Part shown: piece by piece, positions 1-12,087 of the stretch
How the letters are laid out: every line of letters begins with the position of its first letter
Position numbering within the stretch: position 1 is the stretch's first letter
DNA from: Cycas panzhihuaensis
Taxonomy: Eukaryota; Plantae; Cycadophyta
Assembly: GCA_023213395.1 (NCBI GenBank)
Contig: CM041465.1
Span: 14,694,001-14,758,000, forward strand
Direction: 5' to 3'
Length of the DNA stretch: 64,000 bases
Notes under the pieces: generated by a model
Told to the model about the DNA's origin: nothing
Databases searched by the model: none
The model's input: only the letters and a program-made list of their open reading frames with translations
Position numbers and translations under genes: made by a program

Positions 1-239
1 AAGTGCACTTTAAATTAGATCACTTAAGTGAAATACACTTTCATGTGTATTATGTGTAATTTCATTTCACCTAACTCTAATGCTCCCTCTCTCAATATAA
101 AAGTAAAAGCTCAATACAGGAGATTCATTCTTACCTCCCCGTTTTATGAAAACTACTTTCTTTCTCTCAAGTCTATCTTACTCCCATGTTTACCTTTGTA
201 TTTAGTGCATTGAGATAAATGATAGATTCACTCTTTTCA
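1..239 (+). repeat. 5' LTR of Copia A (partial)
   Basis: Ends ...CTTTTCA immediately before the PBS; direct repeat of 7296-7535. Confidence 0.93.
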
Positions 240-241
240 TG

Positions 242-253
242 TGGTATCAGAGC
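242..253 (+). promoter_or_regulatory. Primer-binding site (tRNA-iMet) of Copia A
   Basis: TGGTATCAGAGC 2 nt after the LTR end. Confidence 0.95.
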
Positions 254-1970
254 TTGCTTCCTTCATATTCCTTACTTACACTTGCAATGGATCCATCACT
301 TCCTTCTCCCCCATAATCCATGTGGTGAAAGAAATTATGAAAGTGAATTTAGAAATATTTTCAAGTTATTATGATAGCATATTTTGTATTGTTTGATTTT
401 CCTTTCTATTTTGCAGGTTTGGAAGCATAATATAAGGAGTTGCAAGGCCCAAGGATTCCAATCCTTTGGTGGCCATTCATGCTATCTCATTCTTCTTTTT
501 CTTGTCTCTTTTTTGTCCATTTAACAAGGGAAAATGCTGCCGAATTTTTTCTAGCATTTAGAAGAATGATCGTAAAGGGAGGTTTTACCCATTTTTTTAA
601 AGAAATTCGAGCCATTTAAAATATCCATCATTGTATGCTCTCATCTTTCCTATATTGGGATCCAGGTGATCAAAAAATGATGGAAATTTCATATGGTATC
701 ATGTGTTAATGAGATATTAGCAAGCTGAAATTTCTACAGAAATACAATTTGATGGTTGAAATTCACAGGTCTGCAAAATCTTCTATAGAGCTCCAATTGA
801 AGTGATTCTAATTGTCAAAGACGAGACTCTGAGTCTACTTTCCAGCACAAAAACTGGCACCCAATTTGGATGTCGTATGAGGAAGTTATTGATGTTTTAG
901 TAAATAGCAGCTATTTTTAGTAAAAATTCTGGAAAAATATAATTTCCTAACTTTGCGAGGCTGCCAAAATCTTTCCAGAACACATTTGGACCTAATTCCA
1001 CTTCCTGAATATGAAGCTCTGAGTCTAGTTTGCAGCCCAAAAACTGGCACTCCATTTCGACATCGTGGGAGAAAGTTATTACTGATTTAGTGAAAACTAC
1101 TTTCTTTTGTATTAACAAAAAAAAAATGAATAGAATTTCTTCCTTCTTTTTATAAGGGTTAAAAGCCCATTGTAAAAGTGAGAAGAAAACACCTGGATCA
1201 AAGCAATATCCAATGTCCTTACTCACTTATTAGCATTGCATTTCAGCACTCTAAAATCACTCAAAGCAAGCACTGTAAAGACACTTCAAGCAAGCACTCC
1301 AAACAAGCATTCTATTTTCAATTAAATGTACGTTTGATGCAATTTGATAATCTTTTCACTCTTTCTAAAAGGAACACATCACGTACGTTGTTTTCCGCCA
1401 TCTTATACATGTTCACACACTCACCAAGGTTGAGATACCTTGATTGACAGAATGTCGTGTCATAAAGGAGGTGTGGATTTCAAGTTGGGACTAGACAAAA
1501 CCGGAATATTAGTGAAGTTTGGTTAGCCATACCATCGTGCCTCAATCAGGGATCATCCTGATAACCAACTGAGAAAACTGAAACTTAATACAATATTAAA
1601 ATATACCTTATCCAATATCCGTCATAGCCATGTGTATGCAAGTATCACTCTTTAGAAGAGGTATATAACTACTCATTGGTGAACTGGGTGAAGATTGGGA
1701 GTACCTGGGCTCCGTTGTGACTTAGATTTCATCACAAAGCACAATTGTGGGTATCGTGGATGAAAACCAACTTAATTCTACTAGAAGCCTAAGCATCTCT
1801 TCAACAACCTCAACTACATGTTGGACACCAGTTAGAGGTTATTGGGTTGATTACGCATCCTACATTTTAGTTTTAAGTTGTGTAAACATAATGATGTCAG
1901 CTTCTACATTAGCCTACAATCTTGTATATTGATCACTTATTTGTAAAAAGTGATCCATAGTGTAATCACA

Positions 1971-2100
1971 ATCATAGTGCTTCTCATATTCCTGCTGCGT
2001 CAGGACAATATTTGCCACAAGTGTTAGTGGCCAATTTTTATCATAGTGCTTCTCATATTCCAGCTGCGTCAGGTTAATATTTGTCACAAGTATTGGTGAC
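1971..2100 (+). repeat. 69-bp tandem duplication in the Copia A leader
   Basis: ATCATAGTGCTTCTCATATTCC.GCTGCGTCAGG... at 1971 and 2040. Confidence 0.9.
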
Positions 2101-2262
2101 TTTTCTCTAAGTTGCTCCCTTCATCTTTGAGCAACCATTTTCACTTCTTCTTCCTTCTCCTACACTACTTCATTACATTTCTCATTTGTAAATAAAGATT
2201 GGTCATTTATTGCCATCACTTTTATAGTCCCTTGTTCATTTCTTCCCTTCTAAAAAGACACC

Positions 2263-3240
2263 ATATCTTCACAGTTCAAGCAAAATGTGAACTGCATTCT
2301 AAAAGGGAAAGAAAATTGGGACATGTGGTTCACTGGTATCAGAAATGTTGCAAAGTATGAGGGTCTATGGAGAGATCAGTTGCAACCTACAGCATCTGTT
2401 GCAGTTACAACTACCTCAGTTGCTTCTGGAGGAGGTGCTCTAACTGCTCCCACCGAAGCTGCAACTAAATGCCAATGGGAACTTGATGATAATAAAATCC
2501 GTGCAAGAATACTGCTTATCATTGATTATTCCCTGCATAATCTCATTGATGAAGCTGTACATGATACATCATGGAAAGTTCTTGAAGTTCTTCAGAAGAA
2601 CTTTGACACTAAATCAAACTTAGAATTTATTCACTTAGTGTTGAAGATGAACAAATTGAAAATGCAGAGAGGACACGCAAGTGAGACAATCAATCTCCTT
2701 CGCCCAATCAAGCAAGCCATTGATAAAGATTTTAAAACTCAATGCATTACATGGGCTTTCTTGATTCAGTCATGTCTCCATATCCCAGATTACAAAAATC
2801 TATTGGGAAGTCTTCAATTTAGTGGCACTTTGAAAACCCTAAACTTTGAGGATCTTGCTGATAAGTTTATTGAATTTGATAAAACCTTTGATATCAACTT
2901 TGCCACTATATCAGATCCAGTTGATGCTACTTTTGAAGTGGAAGAAGATCTTTGTTATACCAAAAATCAAGGTCAACACTCTCGTAGAGGTGGTAATTCC
3001 CATGGAAGAGGAAGAGGTATACGACAAGGACAACGTCCTCTTAATCAATAGACTCCTCAACTCCAACAAAAATAGTCTCAAGGCCAAGGCCAAAATAATC
3101 AACCTAGACCTAGATCCAGTAATTAGAGACAATCCAATCAGCCCAATACTTGGACTGAAAATCAAACAATTGTGTGCCAAAGGTGTAATAGAAAAGGACA
3201 TTATGCCAAAAATTGCAGAACTGCCACCAACAAACTACCA
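2263..3240 (+). pseudogene. gag: Copia A gag (start codon ATG>ATA, in-frame stops, CX2CX4HX4C zinc knuckle)
   Basis: ORF 2287-3051 (LKGKENWDMW..., WELDDNKIRARI). CQRCNRKGHYAKNC near 3175-3216. The homologous position in Copia B has ATG. Confidence 0.9.
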
Positions 3241-3414
3241 AGTTATCAATAGCGCCATAGTGCATATAATGTTGATAATACTTCTTTTGGAGATGCTTTT
3301 GGTAGAACGCAATTTGCTCATGCACACCTTCAAAGAATTTAGACCACTTCATCAAATGTTGTTGATAGATCCACTAAGTATATCGAGGCTCATTGTGGTT
3401 ATGCTTATTCACTT

Positions 3415-6400
3415 TTGCCTTCACCACTTGGAGTTGTAAATAGTGCCACCTCAAATACTTCATCATGGATCATGGATACAAGAGCAACACAACACGTGAC
3501 TTGTCATCGTCAGTTCTTTCAATATTTTGACTCTGAAGTTCATGGTGTTTTACACATGGCTGACAAATCATCTCAGTCAGTCAAAGGACTTGGAACTATT
3601 TGCTTGAAACTCCCAGGCCTTCCAGATTTTACACTTGTTGATGTTTTATATATTCCTCGCCCGGGCGTAATCTTCTCTCCCTGTCCACCCTTGTCTCTCG
3701 TGGATTTGATCTGAGTGTAACTGTAAACAATCAAACTCTCTGTGTCATTCACCCTCCTTCAAATGTTGTAGTTATGACCGGAATTCTTGATGGCAAACTT
3801 TTTTGCCTAACTGGATCACCATCCTCTGAAGGCAACTATGTTCATGATGACTCATCTTTTACCACAACCCTGACTCCTCAAAAGTTGTCCCAAGCGGCCC
3901 TATGGCATGCCCGTATGGGCCATATCAAAATTGATCGTTTAAGGGAACTACAAGCCATTCTTCCTGGTTTGCCTAGGCTCTCCTCTAAGCCCTTTAAATG
4001 CGAAACATGTATTATTGCCAAATCTCAAAGACAATCCTTTCCTCGTAGTCAATGGAAATCTAGCCAACCTTTGCAGCTTGTACACTCAGATATATGCAAT
4101 CCTATGGCCATCCCTTCTCTCAAACAAAAATGGTACTATATTACTTTCATTAATGATTTTACCAAGAAAGTATGGGTTGCTTTTCTTGCAAAGAAAGATG
4201 AAGCTTTTTCTATGTTTCAAGCTTTCAAGACCCACGTGAAAAATGAATCTGGATTCAAGATCAAAATACTCAAGACTAACAATGGTGGCAAGTACACATT
4301 CAATGAGTTTGAATCGTACCTACGTCAACATGGAATCAAACATCAGACTCATCACAGGTGTACACCCCAGCAAAATAGAGTTGTCGAGCACATGAACATG
4401 ACCATCATGAATATGACTCGTGCTATGATGGTATATAAGAATGTCCCTATCTATCTTTGGGTTGAGGCTATCTGGACTGTTGTGTATTGCATCAACACTG
4501 CTAGTCCCTCCAAGCTCAGCCCCTCTCCACATGAAATGTGGTATGGACAAATCCCCTCTATCTCCCACTTCAGAATTTTTGGCTCTACTTGTTATGCTCA
4601 TATTCTGGAGGAACGTAGAAATAAGCTCCAAGATAGAACCATCAAAGGCATCTTTGTCGAATACCCTATGAACAAAAAGGGATACAAGATTTTCATACCT
4701 TCACAGCGTAAAATCATCATCACTAGAGATGTTATCTTTGCAGAGACTGAAGATCAATTACTCATACTTGACTCCAAGACGTCTTCATACCGATTTAATG
4801 ATGCTACTGAATTTGATATCCAGATTCCAAAATTTAGCGGGGGAGATGTTGAACAGTTGCTCAAAATCTTGGAATTTGACAATAGAGCCTCGGAGGATAC
4901 AAGTTGTGACTCCCAGCTAATGTGTACACATCCAGCACCATCATTTGTGAACAGCTAAGTTGACAAAGGCAAAGCCATAGCAGAAGGATCATCTTCTCCA
5001 ACATCTGTGGCTGGCCCATCTTCTCTAGCATCGTCAACTTTCCCCATGCCAAATATTTCACATGATCCTTTTCAGGATCAAAACGAAGATCAAGAGGTTG
5101 TGGAAATGAAAACCTCATTCCCAGCTCAAGGTTTTCGGGAAGCCTACCAGCTACACAAGGACATGCGACCAGATGAGATAGGCAAAATTGGCACTAGAAG
5201 TGCCCATAGAGCAAGGATGCATGAATCACTTTCCATTGAGCTTGAACCAGCAAAACTGCATCTTGCTCTTAATGAAGAGCCCCTAACGTACCAAGAAGTT
5301 GTAAAGCATACAGCTTGGAGAAATTCCATGAACGAAGAGTACCAATCTCTTATTAAGAACGGTACATGGGAGCTTGTTAATCTACCACTTGGAAGAAAGG
5401 TAGTTCAAAATAAATGGGTGTTAAAAAACAAGTATAGATCATATGGCACCTAGAAAAACACAAAGTGAGGTTGGTAGCAAAAGGATTCACACAAAGGGAA
5501 GGCATTAACTGCACTGAAATCTTTTCTCATACAACCAAGTGGCCTACAATCAGAACTCTTATAGCCTTGGCTGCTCAACAGGGTTGGAAAATCCACCAAC
5601 TCGATGTTAAGACTGCATTTCTTAATGGAGACTTTAAAGAAGAAATTTACATGGCTCAGCCAGAAAGATACGAGATTGTTAATCATGAGCATAAAGTTTG
5701 CAGGCTCAAAAAGTCCTTGTACGGCATAAAGCAAGCCCCTTGTGCTTGGTTTACCAAGTTGTCTGAAAGAATGAGGCAACTTGGATATGAGGTTTATGAC
5801 TATCAAGATATTGATGCAACATTATTCATCAAGCACCAAAATGATAAAGTCACTTACCTCTTAATCTTTGTGAATGACATGCTAATAACGGGGAATAGTG
5901 AACAGGTAATCAACCAGTTGAAGAAGGACCTTGCTAAAACTTTTGAATTGTCTGACCTTGGGTTGATGAAATATTACATGAGAATTGAAGTAACTCAAAA
6001 GAATGGCAAAATCTTTCTCTCCTAAGAAAAATATATCAACGATCTTCTGACAAAGTTTCAGTTGGAAGGTGCTTGACCAGTGGATACACCTATGGAGCCT
6101 AATATTAAACTCTCAGTTGATGGTGACATTAGGGAGGCAGACGTAACACTTTACAGGCAACTCGTAGGTAGTCTCATCTATACTACCAACACAAGGCCAG
6201 ATATTGCACACTGTCAAAGATTCTTGCAAGATTCATGACAAATCCTAAGCAGAATCATTGGCAAGCTACAATACGAGTGTTGAGGTACCTAAAGATGACT
6301 AACAAATATGGTCTGTTGTATGAACCCAATGCAGAATTTAAACTTTATGCATACACAAACTCATACTTTGCCAAAGATAAAAACACAGGAAGATCTACGT

Positions 6401-6804
6401 CTGGGTATATAACATTTCTTAGAACAACACCAATATCATGGAGATCCAGACAGTAGAAGATAGTTGCAGACTCAACCGTCGAAGCTAAGTACATTGTTGC
6501 TTCTAAGACAAACAAAGAGGTGATATGGCTTAGAAAATTATTGAATACATTAAATGCCACCCAAACAAGTTCTACTAGCTTACATGTAGATAATCAATCT
6601 ACAATCTAGATGGCTAAAAATCCTGTATTTCATGATCGTACCAAACATATAAGTACGAAAATCCACAGGATTAGAGAACTAGTTCAACTGGAGTACTGCC
6701 CCATAGTAGATCAAGTGGCCAATATCTTCACCAAACCACTGAAGAGGGTGAAGTTTGAACAGTTCCGAAAGCAACTCGGCCTTAGGGCCTCCATCTCCGA
6801 CTGA
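3415..6804 (+). pseudogene. pol: Copia A pol: protease, GAG-pre-integrase/integrase, RT, RNase H; frameshifts and stops
   Basis: WIMDTRATQHVT; LWHARMGH..CETC; LVHSDIC; HQLDVKTAFLNG; LKKSLYGIKQAP; FVND in place of YVDD; NPVFHDRTKHI. Confidence 0.96.
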
Positions 6805-7236
6805 TTGAAGGAGATGACAATAGGACCATCATATTCTATCTCATTCATGAAAACCCCTTGTGGGCGCAAAAGGACAAGAGTAAGTCTCTGCTCTATCCCA
6901 TTCGTGAAAACCCCTTGTAGGCACGAAAGGATAAAAGTTATATCATTTTGAAAAATCGGAACCTGTGAAAACACGAAAGGATATGGGGGATGACCAAATG
7001 GTATATGGAGACTCAGTAGATTTCAGCTACAAAATTCGTTGTACTGATTGGCTATTTGGTTTCATTTAAAGAGCCGTCTGAGCCAAGTTAGTAGATTAGA
7101 AAATTTGTGGGTTTTCTTCCCCATGAGGGTTTCCCACAAAAGTGTCATAGTAGTTTGATTTGTAAGAGATTCAAATGAAGACCTCATAGGATAGAATAAA
7201 ATAGGATGAAATGGCCTTCTACCATTAAGGGGGAGA

Positions 7237-7535
7237 TAAAAAGGGTTAATGTCATAAGGTCATTACATTAGTTAATTATTTCGAAAAAGGGTCTTAAGTG
7301 AACTTTAAATTAGATCACTTAAGTGAAATGCACTTTCATGTGCATTATGTGTAATTTCATTTCACCTAACTCTAATGCTCCCTCTCTCAATATAAAAGTA
7401 AAAAGCTCAATGGAGGAGATTCATTCTTATCTCCCCATTTTGTGAGAGTTACTTTCTTTCTCTCAAGTCTCTCTTGCTCCCATGTTTGCCTTTGTGTTTA
7501 GTGCATGGAGATGAAGGATATATCCACTCTTTTCA
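7237..7535 (+). repeat. 3' LTR of Copia A
   Basis: Follows the PPT, ends TTTCA, matches 1-239. Confidence 0.93.
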
Positions 7536-9212
7536 AACATGGCCCATGCGAGCATGCCAAAGAACTTCTGGTGACAATGTTAGATGGGTCAAGATGGAAT
7601 TAAATGTAAATTCTTCATCGACACAAGAACTTTGGGCACAAGGAGCTTTAGAAAATAAAGAGCTATTCAATAGAAAGAGTTTGCCATAGAGATGTGCAGT
7701 CAAGACCACTCGATTAGTTTGAGGGTGAATGACCTAGACAGTCTGGTCATTTACAGTTACACTCAGATTAAATCCACGAGAGACAAGTGTGGATAAGGAG
7801 AGTAGGTTTTGTTTGAGATTGGGTATGTATAAGACATCAAGCAATGTAAAATCTTTTAAGCCTAGGAGTTTCAGATGAATGTTACCAATTCCTTCAACAG
7901 GTTATTGTAATTTATCAGCCATGTGAACAACGCCTTGAACATTTGAGTTAAATATTTAATATAGACTCTGATTGTACGTCATATGTTGAGTTTCTCCTAT
8001 GCCCATGATCTACTGTCCATCGATTGAAGCCATACTATTTGCAATTCCAATAGGGCTTGGCATTAATGAAGGGAATTCACAAGTGATATATTCACATCAA
8101 GCTTCAAAGTATCTCTTTGGTTAGTCAATGGCATTTGATGCTGAAGATTCCTTAATTCTTTGAAAGTGTGCTTATACAAAACCTGTACCACTAAAGGATT
8201 TTTCACAAGTTTCTTCAACATTGTGAGCTCCTTGTTTTGGTTGGAACTTGGCCAACTTATAAATGGCGATTTTGCAATCTTTTGCTAAGTGTCATTTATG
8301 GTTACACCGATCACACATAATAGTTTGATTACCAATCCCTGAAAAGGTACTGGTTTAGCCTGACTGTCTTGCTCTTTGTTGAGGTAGCCCTTGGCCGTGA
8401 GGCTGTGGAGGCTGTGACTGAGGGTTTGATTGACCTTATGGACGATTTCCCATGTTTCTTCGTCTTCCTCTTGCTCAGTTATTTCCTCTACCACGAGAGG
8501 GACCTTGATTTTTTATGTAGTAAGCTTCTTCTTCCACCTCAAAAACTGCATCTAAAAGAGAGTCAGAGGCTACAAAGTTAGTATCAAAGGTCTTGTCAAA
8601 TTCTATAAACTTCTCAGCAAGTACTTCAAAGTTGAGTGTTTTCAATGTTACACCAGATTGAAGACTTCCAAATAAGTTTTTATAATCAGGGACGTGTTGG
8701 CATTATTGGATCAAGAATACCCAAGTTATATATTAAGTCTTAAAATCTTTATCAATTGTCTGTTTTATTAGTCGAAGGAGATTTATTGTCTCACAAGCTC
8801 GCCCCTTCTACATTTTTAATTTATTCATTTTCAAAACAAGATAAACAAATTCTAAATCTGACTTGGTATCAAAGTTCTTCTTGAGAACTTCAAGGACCTT
8901 CCACGCTGTATCATGTTGCTCTTCGTTAATTAAGTTGTTCAAGGAGTGATCAGTAACCAACAGAATTCATGCACAAATCCTTTCAGCATTTATCTCTCAT
9001 TGTAGTTTCGTTGCAACATCTGTAGGAGTTGTTCAGGCAGATCCACCGAAAGCAGGTGTTGTAGTTGTTGCAGGTATGTTAGGTGTAGGCTACAAGTGGG
9101 CTCTCCAAAGACCTTCATACTTTGCAGCATTTTTAACTCTAGTGTATCACAAATCCCGATTTTCTTTGCCTTTCAATATATAGCTAACATTTTGCTTAAA
9201 TTGAGATGGCAT
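7536..9212 (-). pseudogene. gag: Copia B gag-protease-GAG-pre-integrase fragment
   Basis: Minus strand reads MPSQFKQNVSYILKGKEN... from 9212 and ...LSPEVLWHARMGHV at 7536-7580. Confidence 0.9.
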
Positions 9213-9236
9213 GGTGATGATGAAGAAGTAAAAGAG

Positions 9237-12087
9237 TGTTACAAACCTCCTTAGAGGTTAATTAATTATTCATTCAATGAAGTGGTATATGTTGAAGAGT
9301 TGTGACTTTTAATGAAGGGGCCTATTATGCACCTATAAATGAGGCCTCCAATGTACTGAACATCATCATTCAACTTTAATCAATAAAACATATAGTCTTT
9401 CGACTATTCATTTCCTTAGTATCTCGTATGTTATCTTGTGCAAATGGAATTTGTCTTCAGGTTACAAACTAGTTTCGTAACAAGTGGTATCAGAGCAATA
9501 CGGTCCAAGAAAATCAAGAAACGAAGATTGACGACCAAAATTCTAACGAAACCCCTCGAAAGGGATACTTGTTTTAATCGTCACATCATGATCTATCCAC
9601 CTATAAAGTTTGGGAGAAATTGGATTCTTCTGTAAAGAGAAAAACCCTTTCGAAATTTTAAAAAAAATCGTCTTACGTAAAGTTGCACACTAGTTAACAT
9701 AAGAATATTCTAAGGAATATTTCCTTTTTAATTATTTTGCAACATTAGAAAAAGGGTACGTCATTTTATTTCGACCATAACTTGAGCATACGGTGTCCAT
9801 TTTTCAAAAATTTTATATCGTCAGAAAGTTAATTTCGAGAATTATCTATTAGTGGTATTATTTCTTGGATTTGAAGTCTTTTTTTATCAACTTTTAAGTT
9901 ATTGAAGTTAACCTTTAAAATATACAATATTAATCAGATTTTATTAAAGAAGGGAGGTATACAGCATTACCGATAATTTACATAATGCTAATAAGATACT
10001 TAGAAAACAAAGTGAAGAAATGAGACTATTATTTCAAGGAATAAGATTTGTGTTAGTAGGATTTGATCATATAACACAAAACAAATATACAACAGAGCTT
10101 GTGTACAATGGGGCATTTAATACAAGACAATATGATGCAAGTTGTACTCACGTTATTGTCTATCAGTCATCATATTATAACCCTATTTGCACTATGGCTA
10201 GGAAAGATGGGAAGGCATTGGTCACATACCTATGGGTTGAAGATAGTTTGGCCAATGGAGTACTTGCAGATACTAATAAAATATTGTACAAACCTATAAG
10301 AAATATATTGGGCATTTTTGGTAGTGCATCCTTATGTATTTGCTTAACCGGATATCAAGGTCAAGATCGTTATGACATTACGAGAATGGTTGAAATAATG
10401 GGAGCATGATTTATAAAGCCATTAATTGTGAGTGAAGTAACACATCCCATTTGTTACAAACATGAAAGCGATAAGTACAGGGTTGCTAAACAAATGGGAA
10501 TAAAATTGGTCAATCATCGTTGGCTTGAAGACTGTTTAGAGGCTTAGGCATTACTTCCTGGAGAAAATTACTTGAAAAGTGGATGGGAACTAGAATTTTT
10601 TGAAGCAGAGACCAGTGTTTCAGAGGATACTCAAGAAAGTCTAAGTTGTCAGCCTCTGTTGTCAATATACAATCAAGACTCATACGGTCATTCTACTGGT
10701 TTATATAAACCTTTTCAAGCAGAAGCAAGGACTTATAGAAAATTGGAAAGAAATGAGAAGTTTTCATATTCAGAAAATGAAGATAAACATAAAGAATCAT
10801 TTCCAACATTAGTAAATCTCAATGACGCTTACTTATTAGCGTTAGACAAGAAATTAAAAGAATAAGTAAAAAAATTACAGAAGTTGCATCAAGAGAATTC
10901 GTTTAATCATGAAAGACATATGGACAAACCTGTCAATGACACAAATGAGGATGACACGTCTATATTAAAAGTTATTGGGATACAAGATCATGCAATACAG
11001 AAAGAAAAAGAGACTATAAATCAAATCATAATCCCGACACATGATTTGAGTATGCAAGAAGAATAAAATAATATACTACAGGAAAATAAGGATAACTTAT
11101 TGGTAGCCAACAAAGATAAAATGTTAGTGTCGTTCCCAAAAGAAAATATAATAATTTATAAAAATATCAAGTATATACCAAAACGGTCGTTAGTGCCAAT
11201 AGTAATATCTACATTCCTTGATCAATTGAAGAAGGATCAACAAGTATTAATAAAATTTCTTGATCCATCTAAACAAAAATTATTGATACTGACAATATCA
11301 AGCTCACTTCTTAATCGATCGAATAATATGAATCAAATAATTATGTCATATGTATTCAAGGATTTTCTAGTTTCAGCAAAAACCATTTCGTTTCCTAATA
11401 AATCTAAGAAGTTTTCAAGCATTGGTATTAAACCATACATTCCAAAATAATACTACACATGTCGACACCTTAAAGTCAAAATCAAATGGAAAATACCATG
11501 GTAATCATCTTTGTCTTGCAGGCAAAAGCATACAGGAATTCAACATTTTTGTAATCGTCATCATCTAAAGAATTCTAATTGTCCCCTAGTCCCATCAACC
11601 TATTCAAACTTGTTGTTATATGCATATTCATTATTTGAAGTTCTAGCAAATATGACTCGACGACGTATGTCAGATGATTATGATATTCTTTTATTAGCAA
11701 GAGGAGACATCAAGCTAATCGTTATTAGGTTTCGAAGACGAAACATTTCAAAAAGAAGCTTTTGTTATGAACCACCTTGAACAAAGTGATCAACCAATCA
11801 TTCGAATATGTTTCGTGAGTGAAACATCTTAAGGGGGAAGAATTGTTACGAACCTCCTTAGAGGTTAATTAATTATTCATTCAATGAAGTCGTATATGCT
11901 GAAGAGTTGACTTTTAATGAAGGGGCCTATTATACACCTATGAATGAAGCCTCCAATGTATTGAACATCATCATTCAACTTTAATCAATAAAACATATGG
12001 TCTTTCGACTATTCACTTCCGCAGTATCTCGTGTGCTATCTTGTGCAATTGGAATTTGTCTTCAGGTTACGAAGTAGTTTTGTAACA
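9237..12087 (+). mobile_element. Complete non-autonomous LTR element (chromovirus-type 3' end) carrying a BRCT-domain ORF
   Basis: LTRs 9237-9482 and 11844-12087 (TG..CA; ~17 substitutions and one 2-bp indel). PBS 9485-9496; PPT AAGGGGGAAG 11831-11840. TSD AAGAG at 9232-9236 and 12088-12092. Confidence 0.96.
10020..11780 (+). pseudogene. Captured tandem-BRCT protein (At4g02110/BCP1-like N-terminus) fused to an unknown C-terminal region; one frame, 6 in-frame stops
   Basis: FQGIRFVLVGFD..CTHVIV..ALVTYLWVEDS..LYKP..ICLTGYQGQDR.DITRMVEIMGA..VTHPICYK..KLVNHRWLEDCL..SGWELE matches the recalled At4g02110-family N-terminus. ORFs at 10020, 10572, 10884, 11100 and 11511 share one frame. Confidence 0.88.

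Larger units (their letters stand above)
1..7535 (+). mobile_element. Ty1/Copia LTR retrotransposon A, near full length, decayed (5' LTR clipped by window start)
   Basis: 1-239 is repeated at 7296-7535. PBS TGGTATCAGAGC 242-253; PPT AAGGGGGAGA 7227-7236. Domain order gag-PR-INT-RT-RH. Confidence 0.96.

Noticed and set aside
2846-3439. 197-aa ORF overlapping gag
   Set aside because: Alternative-frame shadow; the gag frame carries the zinc knuckle.
10020-11780. Native host BRCT gene
   Set aside because: Intronless, truncated relative to the family, contains stops, and is enclosed by LTRs with a TSD.
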